From NCBI GenBank assembly GCA_951406725.2, contig OX597825.1:55986001-56050000 (forward strand): 64,000 nucleotides of DNA. Direction: 5' to 3'. This DNA comes from Octopus vulgaris (Eukaryota). The position numbers and the translations under genes are program-made. A model generated the notes under the pieces. It ran no database searches. It saw nothing but the letters and a program-made list of their open reading frames with translations, and was not told where the DNA came from. Below are positions 1 to 14,308 of the stretch, piece after piece (position 1 is the first letter of the stretch; every line of letters begins with the position of its first letter).

Positions 1-913
1 ATATATATATATACGCATGTATGTATACATATATATATAAATGTGTGTGTATATATATATATGTATGAATATATATATGTGTGTATGTGTGTGTATATAT
101 ATATATGTATGAATATATGTGTGTGTATGTGTGTGTATATATATGTATATATATATATGTATGTATATATATATATATGTATATATATGTGTGAGTGTAT
201 TTGTGTGTATATATATCATTATATTAGATATAAATAGAGAGAGGGAGAGATGGGGGAGAGTGAGAGAGACAGACAGAAGAGTAGAGAGTCAGAGGGAGAG
301 GAAGAGAAAGAATTATGCTATTAAACATGTACATTTATACATGTATACATACATTAATATATATATATATGTACAAGAAATATATAATGTGTGTGTGTAC
401 ATATATGCATGCATATATACATCTATATACTGTATATACACTGACAATGTTGAACCCTTCAGTTAAGATATATTAGAGAATACTGTTATGCATTTAGTAG
501 AGTATCGTTGTGAAATTTGTGTGAGAGAGAGAGATAGAGAGAATAAAAGAAACAAAGTGAGAGAGCGAGAGACAGAGATAGAGACATATGTATAGAACAT
601 TTTACATCCGGGTACGGTTATAATATTCCTATTTAAAATACACGTATACGTTTTTAATTTTGTTCGATTTTTTGATAGTAATGAATACCATAAAATATGA
701 AAATGTTACAACGTATATCAAGAACGTGACCATTTCAGCCCGCCAGATTTTTTTCTTTCGCCTTTTATGTCGTTTTTTTTTATATATCATGGTGTATATT
801 TTATTTTGGTGCTTCCCTTATTTATTTTATTTTATTTCATTTGCAATGTCTTTCAATTTCTGAATTGCATTAGATTTTAGCTATGGAAGCAGCAGTTAAT
901 GTACGTTAGTTGG

Positions 914-1005
<92 letters not shown>

Positions 1006-1086
1006 AACACATATATATAAATATAAAATATATATATATATATGTATATATATATGTGTGTGTGCGTATATATACTTATATACGGA

Positions 1087-1137
<51 letters not shown>

Positions 1138-1168
1138 GTATAGTATATATATATATATATATATATAT

Positions 1169-1230
<62 letters not shown>

Positions 1231-1289
1231 GAGAGAAAGAAGGAGAGGGAGAGAGAAAGAAAGAAATAGATACATAGATAGGGAAACAG

Positions 1290-1418
<129 letters not shown>

Positions 1419-1750
1419 TGTAGGTAGATAAAAAGTTAGATAAAAGTTTAGATGGAAAGATTATAAAGGTATACAAATTAGATATTCAGTGATGTTTTCG
1501 ATCAGCTGTCTCAGAACAGAAACCTGCTGGGTGCTTCATATCTATACTTTGAATTGTTCAAATCTATTCTATTATCTTCATCTTTATTTGGTGTGTTTAC
1601 GTCTGTTTATGTATTTAAAATATAATTTTGCGCTTACTTCTTCTTTTTTTGTTTTTGTAATTCATTTTACTCCTTCTTAATCCATTCCTAATCTTTCGGA
1701 GAAAGATGCGGATGCATGCGGAAAATTTCAAGTTTCCTTTCCATATAAAC

Positions 1751-1781
<31 letters not shown>

Positions 1782-2327
1782 TGTATGTATGTATGTATGT
1801 ATGTATGTATGTATGTATGTATGTATGTATGTATGTATGTATGTATGTATGTGTGTACGTATGTATGTATGTAAGTATGTATGTAAGTATGTATGCATGT
1901 ATGTATGTATGTATTATGTATGTATGTATGTATGTATGTATGTATTTATGTATGTATGCATGTATGTATGTATGTATGTACGTATGTACATATGTATGTA
2001 TGTATGTGTGTAAGTATGTATGTATGTAAGTATGTATGTAAGTATGTATGTAAGTATGTATGTATGCATGTATATATGTATATATGTATGTATGTGCATA
2101 TATATATAAATATATATATGTGTGTATATACACACACATACATATATATATACATATACATTTATTCATATATATACAAACATATGTATATGTGTGGGTG
2201 GGTGTAGCTGTAACCAAATAATAATAAAAGAGTGGAATTCAATTAGTGTGTGTGTTTGTAATATTAGCATAATGTCTCTCCCTAGACACGAAGAAATACA
2301 TACACGCACAAATACATATATGCATGT

Positions 2328-2376
<49 letters not shown>

Positions 2377-2572
2377 CGTGTTTATATCTCAACTATTACT
2401 GGTTTATAGAAAGGAATTAGGTTGTCAACTTCCTTAGCTTCCAGTTGTTTCTGCAGTAACATACACTGCACTCAAAGCTGAGCGCTTGTCCATTACATTA
2501 AAGCTTCCGCGGAGCATATCTATATTGATTTCGAACAACTGGTTGCTCATATCACTATGCCTTACCAAATTC

Positions 2573-2604
<32 letters not shown>

Positions 2605-2619
2605 CATACATACATACAG

Positions 2620-3095
2620 CGGTTGTTGACACAATGCTGAAGATTAGTGTAAAAGTGAATACTTACGCTGAACTATTGAGAAATCTGCAGTTACTCTATC
2701 CAGATTACAAGTTTGGGTTTATATCTGTTAGTATTGGGGATATGTAAGACATTGCCTAAATACCAAGCTTGAGAAAATAGGCTCTTCAAAACCAGAAAGG
2801 GGTAAGCTAATTCGAAGACCACAGATCTAATCCATCGCTGGAACTGTAAAATCTGTAAAACTTTCCAGAAGTTTATCATTTATATATATACGAGCATATC
2901 TAGATATGTAACTATATGTATGAGAATAGATACATAAAACAAAACTTACAAATCTGTACATACACATACATTAAAACAAAAATATCCTGTTATTGCTGTT
3001 GAAATTCCAATGAACGAGTCTTGGATCTAGGTTAGAAACCAACTCATTCTCTTTTGACAGGAAATCTTGAAATAAATCTGGATAATGACCTAGAT
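2620..3095 (+). mobile_element. 3' end fragment of an R4/Dong-like LINE (C-terminal endonuclease region + 3' UTR)
   Basis: Translates as KVNTYAELLRNLQLLYPDYKFGFISVSIG...GTVKICKTFQKF, typical of the C-terminus of REL-endonuclease LINEs; frameshifted. Confidence 0.6.
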
Positions 3096-3102
3096 ACATA
3101 TA

Positions 3103-3140
<38 letters not shown>

Positions 3141-3144
<4 letters not shown>

Positions 3145-3550
3145 AGTGGCTGTGTGGTAAGTAGCTTGCTTACGAACCACATGGTTCCGGGTTCAGTCCC
3201 ACTGCGTGGCTCCTTGGGCAAGTGTCTTCTACTATAGCCTCGGGCCGACCAAAGCCGACCAAAGCCTTGTGAGTGGATTTGGTAGACGGAGACCCCGTCG
3301 TATATATGTGTATGTATATATAAGTGTGTGTATGTTTGTGTGTTGTGTTTGTCCCTCCCCCCAACATCGCTTGACAACCGATGCAGGTGTGTTTACGTCT
3401 CCGCAACTTAGCGGTTCGGCAAAAGAGACCGATAGAATAAGTACTAGGCTTACACAGAATAAGTCCTGGGGTCGATTTCACCGACTAAAGGCGGTGCTCC
3501 AGCATGGCCACAGTCAAATGACTGAAACAAGTAAATGAGTAAATGAGTAA
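3141..3550 (+). mobile_element. tRNA-derived SINE, family A (full length)
   Basis: A-box-like TGGCTGTGTGG, B-box-like GGTTCAGTCCC, CCTTGGGCAAG motif, GAGTAAAT-repeat tail; homologous copies at 10415, 14961, 17863, 26250, 61664. Confidence 0.9.
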
Positions 3551-3580
3551 ATATATATGCATATATATATTTATATACAT

Positions 3581-3869
3581 AGTGCTAGTCAACACCAACG
3601 TTGCTAGAAATAAGGATCAAAACAACTCTTAGTCACATGGGAACACTTTTCTAATGACTAATGACTAACAAGAGATCATTCAATGTTTCCCCTGGCTGAC
3701 AGAGTCACTGATGAAATATTAATCAAATCTGAAATCAGTGCTGATATGACCCAATCTCGCTTGTCTTAGGCAGCGGGCTTTTGTTCTTTGTCAGTCGTTA
3801 GAAAAGTGCCCTCATATGGCTAAGAATTGTTCCGACTATTATTTCTAGCAATGTTGATGCTGTGGCACT
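3581..3869 (+). repeat. ~290-bp foldback element with ~80-bp inverted arms enclosing a hammerhead motif
   Basis: caacaccaacgttgctagaaataa...cacttttctaatgact (3590-3659) is an imperfect reverse complement of 3793-3862. Confidence 0.8.
3704..3750 (+). ncRNA. Type I hammerhead ribozyme-like motif (stem II degenerate)
   Basis: GTCA-CTGATGA-[aatattaatcaaatct]-GAAA-TCAGtgCTGA-TA-TGAC: stem I GTCA/TGAC, canonical core, stem III hairpin, AUA cleavage triplet. Confidence 0.7.
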
Positions 3870-4706
3870 CTCCGTCACCTGTTGCCTTAGTAATTTTCTA
3901 TGTTTTGAGATTGTGTCTGGGGTGGTGGTGTCGATGAGGTGTAAGATACACGTCTTTTGATAAAAAATTGTTTTTTTATAAATTGTTTTTTTATATATTT
4001 TAGTTTGGGAGTGGAGATGGGTGAGATCATGCTAGCTCACATATTTACTTCCCTGCAAATAATAAACAAAAGTATATATACATATCTCTTTCTCTTTCTT
4101 CCTCTGTCACGTGTGTGCGTGTGTGTGTGTGTGTGTGTGCGTACACCACCAACCCAGACACACACCTGAAACAGAAAATTACTAAAAGAAAGAATTTGGT
4201 AAAACAGCTGGCCATTAGATTTTTGACCAAAGGTCAACTATTCAAATGACTTCATAAAACATTCTTTAACATTCCACCACCTCCCAACTCCACCCCAATC
4301 CAATATATCGTGTTGACTGACAACTCACTACTTTCTTCCAGCTATCATTCATCAACAGTTTTTCCCTCCCACATTGAATAACAAAGCCCAAACGCACTCA
4401 AATCCCGTAAATAGAATCACAAAGCCCCAAATTTTCAGATCTGATTGACAACGAATGCGAGAAAGTTCTCAAAAAATGTTAACAAGGAACTTTTTAAAAA
4501 AATATCCCCACTCAAGTTAACAAAGAATCTACTAGACCTATGAACTAAAGTCTAAAATTTATATTATTAAAAAATAATAAATTAAACTTATTAGACCTAC
4601 CAGTGAAGTCATTCCTTTCCTTTTTTCAAATATACCTAACTGTACCAAGGATCTCACATGTTTGACTAGGGTATCAAGAACACCTACATTGCTAGGAATA
4701 AGAGCT

Positions 4707-4807
4707 AAAATGCTCTAATGCTGTAGTTAAAGCACTAGTCGACTACAGTCTCTGTCAGTACATATGTATACAATTATGTGCTTTAACTACAGTATAAGTG
4801 CATTTTA
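4707..4807. repeat. ~100-bp hairpin with ~30-bp inverted repeats (MITE-like)
   Basis: taaaatgctctaatgctgtagttaaagcac ... gtgctttaactacagtataagtgcatttta. Confidence 0.6.
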
Positions 4808-4829
4808 TCGCAACGGTAATCCAGAAACT

Positions 4830-5580
4830 CCAGGATGGAAAAGACCCTGGAAGAGACTTGATTGTTGGATATTGATACAAGAAGCTAACCTTCTATCGAC
4901 CATATATTATCAATCTGTACCAGCAAGCTCTCAATTGGAACTGTAGCATACCACACTGGTTAGCTCTGGCAGAGACAAAATTGATCCCCAAATGCAGAAC
5001 CACTCACATGGCAAAACACTACCGGCTAATTGCATGTCAGAACATAATGTATAAGATATATAGATCATGCTTAAACCTCTTCCTCCAGGACCATTGTGAA
5101 ACAAATAACATTATCACAACAAAGCAAGCAGCTGGGAAGACGGGAGTCGGAGGATGTGCCGAGCAATTGTTAATCAACAAAATTGTGATGTCAAAGGTGC
5201 GAGAGCATAGGGGAAACCTAGTTTCAATGTGGCTAGACTACTGAAAGCCTTTGACTCTGTTCTCCACTCATGGATGCTAGAAGCCCTACAACTTGCTACA
5301 GTTTCAATAAGCATAGTTAAAGCGACAGCTGACCTTACTTCATTATGGGCCACCATCTTGAAATTAAGCACAAAAAATGACTGTATTATCACTGATAGAA
5401 TACTGTATCGCAAAGGCATATTCTAAGGGAAAGCCTCTTTGTGATGTTTATACTTACTGTAAACTTTTTTTCATTCATGTTAAGGAAGTCTGAAGGGTGT
5501 CTCACTGGTTCACAATGAAACAGAAAAACCAATGTTTCTTTTTGGATGACTTGAAACTTTATGCAAATAATATACAAGAG
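4830..5580 (+). pseudogene. R4/Dong-like LINE reverse transcriptase fragment
   Basis: ORFs 4981-5244 and 5229-5426: HYRLIACQNIMYK...GCAEQLLINK...WLDY/KAFDSVLHSW...KGIF, then FLDDLKLY-like motif near 5540; frameshifts and stops. Confidence 0.85.
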
Positions 5581-5644
5581 AGGAAAGAAGTGTATGTGTG
5601 TCTTTGCTTGTTCCTGTGTCTGTGTCTATAGATATATGTATGTA

Positions 5645-6817
5645 CTGGGTACGTCAACTATTTGAGTACAAAATTTTTAAGTCCAAAAAGTGTAAGTAGC
5701 CCAAATTTTAACATATCCTCTTTTATCCAGCCTGATCACGAAGTCTTGGAATCTAACATAGACGATGGAAAGATATGCCGTTCTCGCCGCCTCAACCGCC
5801 AACCACAAATGTGTCTGAGATTGCACCCTTTTTATACGTCGCCAAGTCCTTCATGTTTAAAGTCGGAAAAGAGCACTTAGTCTGTAACGGTAATATGGCC
5901 AAAAGACGAAAACCATTCTGGACGGTCAGACATTCATTGTTAGAAAAGATGAGTTTATACAAGTCCAGGGCATCATCACCAAGAATCCCAGCAAATCAAT
6001 CAGTGTCATTTCTAATCATCTTCACCTGTCGTAGTCAATAATTAGGCTTGTGGTGCATGGAGACAACAGGGACAAAGTCTATGGAATGAGACAGGGCAGT
6101 TCACTTCCGATAAAACCCGGAAGAAGTGTGATAATGTCGAAGCACTATCTAAACAAAGTCGAGTATGTCAAAGAGATTGACACGCTGTGGTTCTTCTTAG
6201 ATAAGAAGATCTTTGTCCAAAATTAAAAGATGCACAGGGGAATTGACAGGTAAATGTCATGCCTCGTCACTTTTTTACGCGACGCCTAAGGGTCAATACA
6301 GCATCCTATATCGAAACAATGGAGGCGTGTATCAAGCTCGGGATCGAGTGAGTTGAGTGGAGGAGGTCGTACGTGTTCAAGCAACACTCGTTTTCTTTAC
6401 ACACAGCCTTCTTAATCTAGCTGTGGATGGCCGGAAATTTTCATGATTATGTTACCCTTAACGTTTGGCTTCCAAGCTCTCCTGATTCATCTTCCACGAC
6501 CGTGTTACGTCAAAGGGTGTCGGTGAGAGGCAGACAAACAAGCATGTTCATAATAACAAGGATTCGTTGATGCATGTTATTGGACACGATATGGCTAACA
6601 TGAATAACGATCATATGATCAACATATTTAGTCATTTCAAAAGCTGTGTCGAGGCTGTAATCGTGGCTGATGGCAGTTTTATTGATTAGCCTTAGCCTTT
6701 TGCTATGTGTATGTAAGAATATGTTTACCAAATTCTATAAAATATATTGGTTTTTCTAATAAATATTTTTATTATCCTTAAATTAAAATTGTGTTCTCAA
6801 ATAGATGACGCACCTTG
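5645..6817 (+). mobile_element. Decayed Tc1/mariner transposon, maT/DD37D-like
   Basis: Imperfect TIRs ctgggtacgtcaactatttgagtacaaaattt / aaattgtgttctcaaatagatgacgcaccttg; remnants WFFLDKK, YVFKQHS..HTA, NVWLPSSPD. Confidence 0.75.
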
Positions 6818-6870
6818 CGTATACATACGCATCGTATAATGTATTTAAGCATATGTATATAGATATATAT

Positions 6871-6917
<47 letters not shown>

Positions 6918-7390
6918 AATACAGGCATACATGTGTGTGTGTATTTCTTTGTGTGCGTGTGTATGTGTGTGTGTGTGTAAATGCGCCATGTGTAAAATTA
7001 TACTAGAAACATTCAACCGTTAACTGAAGTAGCATTCAATGCTTATATGTACAGGAAAACTTTCATTTTCCTGTTGCCCTCTCCCTACCCTCCCTCTCTC
7101 TCCCCTCTCTCTCTCTCCTCTCTCTCTCTCCCTGTTGTGTGTGTGTCCATGCGTGTACGCGCGTGTGGAATACACACACACACACATATATGTAAACATA
7201 TATGAGAGAGAGAAAGGGAGTTGGACACGTATACATATGTATATATATACATGCATATACATATATATATATATATATATGGTCAGTGATTCATATATAT
7301 ATATTCATATTTATAGCTATATACATATATATACATATATTTATGTACATGTGTATGTATGTATGTATATATATATATCATCATCAGTGG

Positions 7391-7436
<46 letters not shown>

Positions 7437-7523
7437 TTATATTTATCTACATATATATATACATATATATGCATATGTGTGTGTATGTGTATATGTATAT
7501 ATATGTGCGTGTGTATATATATA

Positions 7524-7572
<49 letters not shown>

Positions 7573-8000
7573 ATATATATATAAATGCATGTATATATGT
7601 ATGTCTATACATATATATATGTGTGTGCATATATATATATGTATGTATGTATGTGTTTATATATATATATGCATACTTCCCGCTCTCAGTACATACACAC
7701 ATAAGTACGTATGTACGTATATATGTCTAACTAAGCGCATTGTCAGATTAATCTCCAATTATATAGTGAATAGATATCTTACAACTTCAACAAAGTAAAT
7801 ATGTTTTCAACAGATTGTCACATTTTTATTCCGTCTCATATTTCTATTGTCTCTGTCTGCACGTTTCATTCAGAGTAAACATGTAAACATGTAAACATCT
7901 ATTTCACGCGTTTCAGGTTCAATTAGCTGATGGGGCAGCAGCCACGAAACCAGAGTCACAACACACATGACATTCAAATGTATATGAAAGATACATACAC

Positions 8001-8032
<32 letters not shown>

Positions 8033-8469
8033 ATGTAAATTTGTGTGTATACATACATTCTTATAACTTTTTTCTAACACAAAAATGTACACATGCATAT
8101 CATCTAGGTATGTGTATATGTATATATGTATGTAGATATATGTATAAAATGCATACATTTAGATCGATTATATCATTGTCTATATATGTTTATGTATATG
8201 TATATAAACACACATCACTTATATATATATATGTGTGTGTGTGTCTGTGTGTGTGTGCGTGTGTGTAGATAGATAGATGTATATATATATATGTGTGTGT
8301 ACACATCCACATAGAAAGAGAGAGGGGGAGAGAGAAAGAGAAAGATTATATATACATGTGAAAATGTGTATATGTTTGTGTGTGTATATACTTACAGAGA
8401 GAGAGAGAGAGAGAGAAATAAAGATTATATATACATGTGAATATGTGTATGTTTGCGTGTATGTATATA

Positions 8470-9689
8470 CAGATGTTGGACAAAATAATGGAAACATAGC
8501 ATCATAAGTTTGAGATATCTATAAAAACCTCAAAAGCTTGTTTATTTTTATGTGTTTCGATTTATTATCAGCGTTGCTTAATATGTTTCGCTAAAATTGC
8601 TGTTTCTTTTCAGATATCATCAGAAATAGGCAATTAAAATTCATTAAAAAGCAGATCTATCGGACTTTCAAACAGATCAAATTATTGATGCTCGTATGGC
8701 AGGTGCTAGCATAACGAAAACTGTACTGTCTCGAAAGTTATGACAGCCTTTGAGAAAGAGGGAAAAACCTCCTCGTCGAAACAAAACAGCGGAAGAAAAC
8801 CAAAACTTTCAGATAGGGACCGTCTGACTCTTACGCGAATTGTTAGAAAGGATCACAAAAGTACAGCTCCCGAAATTACTGCAGAGATTAATAATCACCT
8901 CGAGAGCCCAGTTTCCACTAAAACTGTTTACCGGGAGCGTCCAAAGCCGGATTTCACGGGAGAGCTGCAATCAGAAAACCACTGCTTTCAAAAACAAACT
9001 TTGCAAAGCGTTTAGAGTGGAGTAAAAACCTACATAATTGGTCCTAGAGCAGCGGAAGAATGTTATTTTCGCGGACGACTCATCCTTTACCTTATTTCTG
9101 ACCATCGGCAGAGTATACTTGTAGAGACAGCCAAAAGAAGCATTTGAGCCAGACTGCCTTCTTCCAACTTTTAAAGATGGAGGAGGATCTGTGATGATCT
9201 GGTAGGGGGCTATATCTTGGAAATCCGCCGACCCAATGGTTTCTCTTCATGGCAGAATTAATAGTCACGACTATTTAAGCATTTTATCTGATCAAATTCA
9301 TCCTATAGTTGCAGAACTGTTTCGGGAGGGAAACGCAATGTTTCAGAATGATAATGCACCAATACACACAGCTAAAGTTGTTACTGAATGGCACGAGGAA
9401 CATCTTATCTGGTCACCACAGTCCCCAGATCTCAATATTATTGAACATTGATGGTGGATTTTAGAAAAACAAGTGAGGAGTCTGATATCCTCCACTATCA
9501 TCACTACAAGAATTGGAGACTGTTTTAGCTGAAGAATGGACAAAACTTCCTTTAGAAACAATTCAAACTTTGTACGAGTCCATACCTCATAGAATTCAAG
9601 CTGTAATTACTGCCAAAGGCGGTCCTACTCCATTTAATATAAATTTGTTTGAAATGTTAAGGTGTTTCCATTATTTTGTCCAACCCCTG
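8470..9689 (+). mobile_element. Tc1-like DNA transposon, near full length, transposase pseudogenised
   Basis: 27-bp TIRs cagatgttggacaaaataatggaaaca / tgtttccattattttgtccaacccctg, TA flanks; SGRKPKLS, FADDSSF, FQNDNAPIH, WSPQSPDLNIIEH, AVITAKGG spread across several frames. Confidence 0.93.
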
Positions 9690-9720
<31 letters not shown>

Positions 9721-10248
9721 ATGTATGTATGTATATATATATGTATGTATGTATATGTATGCATGTATGTATATACAAATGTAAGTAGGTAGGTAGGTAG
9801 GTAGGTAGGTAGGTAGGTATCTGATTGGTTGACAAAGTTAGTGACTAGCTAACACATCCTTTACAAATGCATTCTGTAATTGGAATAACAAATGAAGACA
9901 AGGTCTTTTCTTTTAGCAATTTTCGTTGTTATCGAAATTCCTTGCAAAGTATCTCCGTTTCTTTGTCATAAACCAGTTTCATACTTGTAGGGTGAATTTA
10001 AATAATTTAAAACAAACACGAACCCACATGCATGTGAGGAATTTGGTTATTGTTACACAGAAGCAGAAAAGACACGGCTAATTAAGCTATTGCTATAGCA
10101 AACCATTTCTGGATAGTTGAAGATGTGTAACTGATGAAGATATGTAACTGATTTATATCCTTATTTGCAGTCTTACAAAAATGTTTGAGCATCTTGCAGA
10201 TGCGGCAGTGTGGTAAGGAATTTGCCTCCCAATCACAAAGCTCCGGAG

Positions 10249-10332
<84 letters not shown>

Positions 10333-10414
10333 TGTGTGTGTATATGTATATACATACACACACACGCACACACACACATATATATATGTGTGTGTTTGTG
10401 TATATATATACGTA

Positions 10415-10573
10415 CGGTGGGCTTCTTTCAGTTTGCGTTTACCAAATCAACTCACAAGGCTTCGATCGGCTCGAGGCTATAGTAGAAGACACTTGCCCAA
10501 AGTGCCACGCTGTGGGACTGGACCCAGAACCATGTGGTTGGGAAGCAAGCTACTTACCTCACAGCCACTCCTG

Positions 10574-10577
<4 letters not shown>
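10415..10577 (-). mobile_element. SINE family A, 5' half
   Basis: Reverse complement of the 3141 copy head. Confidence 0.85.
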
Positions 10578-10612
<35 letters not shown>

Positions 10613-10618
10613 ATATAC

Positions 10619-10667
<49 letters not shown>

Positions 10668-10669
<2 letters not shown>

Positions 10670-10885
10670 GGGTGGCCCAAAAGTAGGTTTACATTTACAG
10701 TTATCACATAGACACTTTAAACTTCTTTTAAAACCTTTTATTACATATAAATTTTTATCTTACAATCAACTAAATTAGCATAAAATAATGGCTTCATATA
10801 TTTTTATAATTAAGATCTAAACTGTTAATATATGAATGCAAAAGTGATAGTTAAATAACTGTAAACCTACTTTTGGGCTACACTG
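10668..10885. mobile_element. 218-bp Tc1/mariner-type MITE
   Basis: 26-bp TIRs cagggtggcccaaaagtaggtttaca / tgtaaacctacttttgggctacactg, TA on both sides. Confidence 0.88.
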
Positions 10886-10899
10886 TATATAAATATTAA

Positions 10900-11685
10900 A
10901 AGTGTAGGTACAATATTCACCTATTTGCTAGAAAGGAGAGTTAAAGCTCTCCAAAACCACGCATTTCTCACTATATGGAAACACGCATGGAGATGGTAGC
11001 AATAAACTAAAAAAACAGTTGTTTCCATTTGTAAAACTACAAAGAGGAGAGTAATTATCCCAATATCTATTGATTTCGCTTTTTGTGCCCAAGACACTTA
11101 AAGCTATATTCGCCATGCGTGTTTACATATAGTGAGAGATGCTTGTCTTTGGAGAGTTTTAACATTTCTTTCTAGCAAACAGGAGTACTCTGGCTTTTAA
11201 TGTATATTTTGCATATTTTTGCCCACTTGGTTATGTTTGGTGACCACTTTATTATAATTTTTTTAAAAGATAATGATAACTTATTTGAATTTATACTTGC
11301 TCGCTAATGTTCATTTGGAATTCGTGGGGTCTTCATCTGAACAGACGTGCACGGAATGGTAAATATATTTTTAGAAATAGTTTGCATAGTAAGCCTGGCT
11401 GATGGGCTTTAAGTGTCTTTGGCACAGAAGACGAATTTATTAATACTGGGTTATCTACTCTCCTATTTGTAGTTTTTTAAAAATGGGACGGCTGTGTTTT
11501 TAGTACATTTGCTATATTCCCCGTGCGTGTTTACATATAGTGAAAGATGTATGGCTTTGGAGATTTTAAAATTTTCTTCCTAGCACCACCGTGACTTTTA
11601 AAATATATTTTGCATATTTGGTTATCTTTGTTGGCTACTTTATCATTATTTTCTAAAGACAGTAATAACTTATTTGAATTATGTA
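10900..11685. repeat. Complex inverted + direct triplication of a ~200-280 bp unit
   Basis: 10927-11104 is reverse complement of 11406-11585 and partly of 11102-11176; 11102-11295 is a direct copy of ~11510-11685. Confidence 0.8.
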
Positions 11686-12739
11686 TATATATACATAATT
11701 TACCCTCTTTATAATTATACTAAATATTATATATTTATTATATCACACCTTGGTACTGTGTAGACTAAGATTCCAGTTGACAGGCCGCTGGTATTTATAG
11801 AATGTTAAACACTTTCGGTATGCATATTAGGGACTCCTTCATAGAGTAACTGCTGCATTTGTTGATTATATAAACACCTTGTTTGCTTGCTTCTTCGGAG
11901 AATGTTAGAATGATGTAGACGATTCTGATGAGAACACACATATATACTTGTCTTTCTCTCAAGCATGGCATATCTGCGTCTGCATTATACAACGTGCTGT
12001 TCATGTTCAAGGCGGAAAAGAGATTTTGCTTCTGGATCTATCAGATCAATAGATCCCACGGACGCTTCCTCGTGTCTATCATAGAAAGATATCTATAAAA
12101 ACTTTAATTTTTTTTATTTTATAGTCACTTATTGAAGTAAATACATCAATCATTTGTATTTTTGTTACGGGAGTCTAGTGTGGCAGAATCTTTATAATAA
12201 TATGCACGGATTATGCGACATGCTTCATTAAATATTTATTGAACTTTAATTATTTATATTATGTCACAATAATCGATAAGAGAATCATTGATTATAAATT
12301 GCCATCGAATGAGCAATTAATGTTTCATTACATTTCTGAAGACGAGATTAACAGGGAATTGTTTAAATCAATGGGTAAATACCACATTGAGAATTTTAGT
12401 TTGGAAAACAACGGCTTTTTGGATTCTTCTTGTTGTTTACAGCATATATATTGTTCGACATTACAAAAATATGTGACTCGCTTAAAAATGTATTCATAGC
12501 CACATATATAACCCTGTATAGAAATGATAGGATGGTTGCAAAGTGGTTACAAAGAATGTTCCCACTAAAATTTACTGAGGGCTATGGTTGTGCTCAGAAA
12601 CTTGTAGTGTGTACAAATGTTTTTCATAGCAGAGTATGTAAATATCTACGCAAGTAAACATCACTGACAAACAAACGATATCGTCTTAAAAACTTTTCGC
12701 TCGTACATTTTTCGTTTCTTAATTGACAAGTTTTTACGC

Positions 12740-13600
12740 GCGCACAAGTGCACAGCCCAACAGGAACAGTTGTAACAAATTAGACAATGTTACAAAAAAA
12801 AAAAAAAGAATATAATCAATAACTTTAATAATTTCGACTTGAGAATACCAATTACTACTAAGCTGAAAACTGTAAATTTCTTGAATATTACACTCAACCT
12901 AACATCAGGAAAATGTAAGCAATATAGTAAGTAAAATTTAAAGCTTAAGTTTATCAATACAAATTATAGTGAAGCACCAATAATTTTCAAAAACCTAATC
13001 AATTTCTGCAAAGAATGTCTAACTTGGGAAATCTTCTGCACAGCTGAACTCGACAACAATAAAGAACGAGAAGGTAGCGGACGTAAAAATTATTTTATTA
13101 TAACCCTAACATCTGGCTATTCACTGACAAGAAACGCCGAAAGTTATCCGCTTTACGACTTTTTCTCTTTAAATGTTAAATTAAGCATAGTAAAATAATT
13201 CCTCGCCTTAATAAATAAACATTCCCCCACTAACTAAGGTTATAGGACATCGTTTAACAGAAATAACTTAAAACTAAGATGCAGTTGTACCATAAATATG
13301 AAACATTTAATCAACAAACAACTAAACTAAAATCTTCATGCAGAAAATATTTGTCCCCTGAATGCTGAAGTATTTATCTATGAAGCAACAGTCACTTCCA
13401 TAAAACTAAACCTAGATCTTGAGTGCAAATATGGTTTCGGCATGGTAGAGGATAATTTTAAATTAACACTATTTCAACCGTACTCCTTCCAGGAACATAA
13501 AAAGAGCTTAACCAAGTTGTCTAAAAATACTTCGACATTGAAAGAACGTGATACTATATTCGATATCAAATGAAAAAGATCATATGTGTACATCGAAATC
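12740..13600 (+). pseudogene. Decayed Penelope-like element (RT C-terminus + GIY-YIG)
   Basis: Remnants LKTVNFLNITLNLTSGKCKQYSK, FINTNYSEAP, CPLN, IYEATVT, GMVEDNFK; many stops. Confidence 0.7.
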
Positions 13601-14247
13601 TTTGTAAGACTAGTCCCATGGACGTATATATGTTAGCGTCTGAAAATTAATGTAATCGCTTTTCATTCTCTAGTATTATCATTTAAGTAATGTACATACA
13701 CGCACAAACACTCACACGAACACGCAAACGCACATACATATATATTTATGTACACATTATGCCTTTAAAAGAAGGGAATGACAGAGACTTTGAAGTTTCG
13801 GTTAGTTTGCCATCGTCGAACAATGTCTAGGCGTAATGTGGTTCCAGGGCAAGGGATTCCACTTAAAATTTAGAGGGTAATAGATTCCAGCGATATAGGC
13901 ATAGGCAGTTACGAGCCTTTGTGCTATCTACGTAGTACCTTTGAAGGCCAAGAGGATTATGGAAAAGGACAAGTTGAGAAAAAGATTAACGAAAGAAACT
14001 TTCATTGATAACTGCGATGTCAAAGGTTAATTTAAATATAATGCACCCAATAATCTATTGTCGCAGCTCTTAAACCCATAACTAAGGCATGAACTACCCT
14101 TAATAACCGGAATGACAATGGAACTCTTTGTTAGCAAATTCTTACGAAATCGTTTAATCTTCCACCAAAGGCTGCATTTTTATATCATTCATTAATCGTG
14201 GTATTTCCCTCCCCCTACTCCTCATCGTCGTCGTCTTCCTCCTCTTT

Positions 14248-14308
<61 letters not shown>

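Noticed and set aside
10125-10165. CTGATGA followed by a hairpin
   Set aside because: No GAAA box or stem III follows; it is part of a short tandem duplication
11920-11965. CTGATGA motif
   Set aside because: No GAAA box or closing helices
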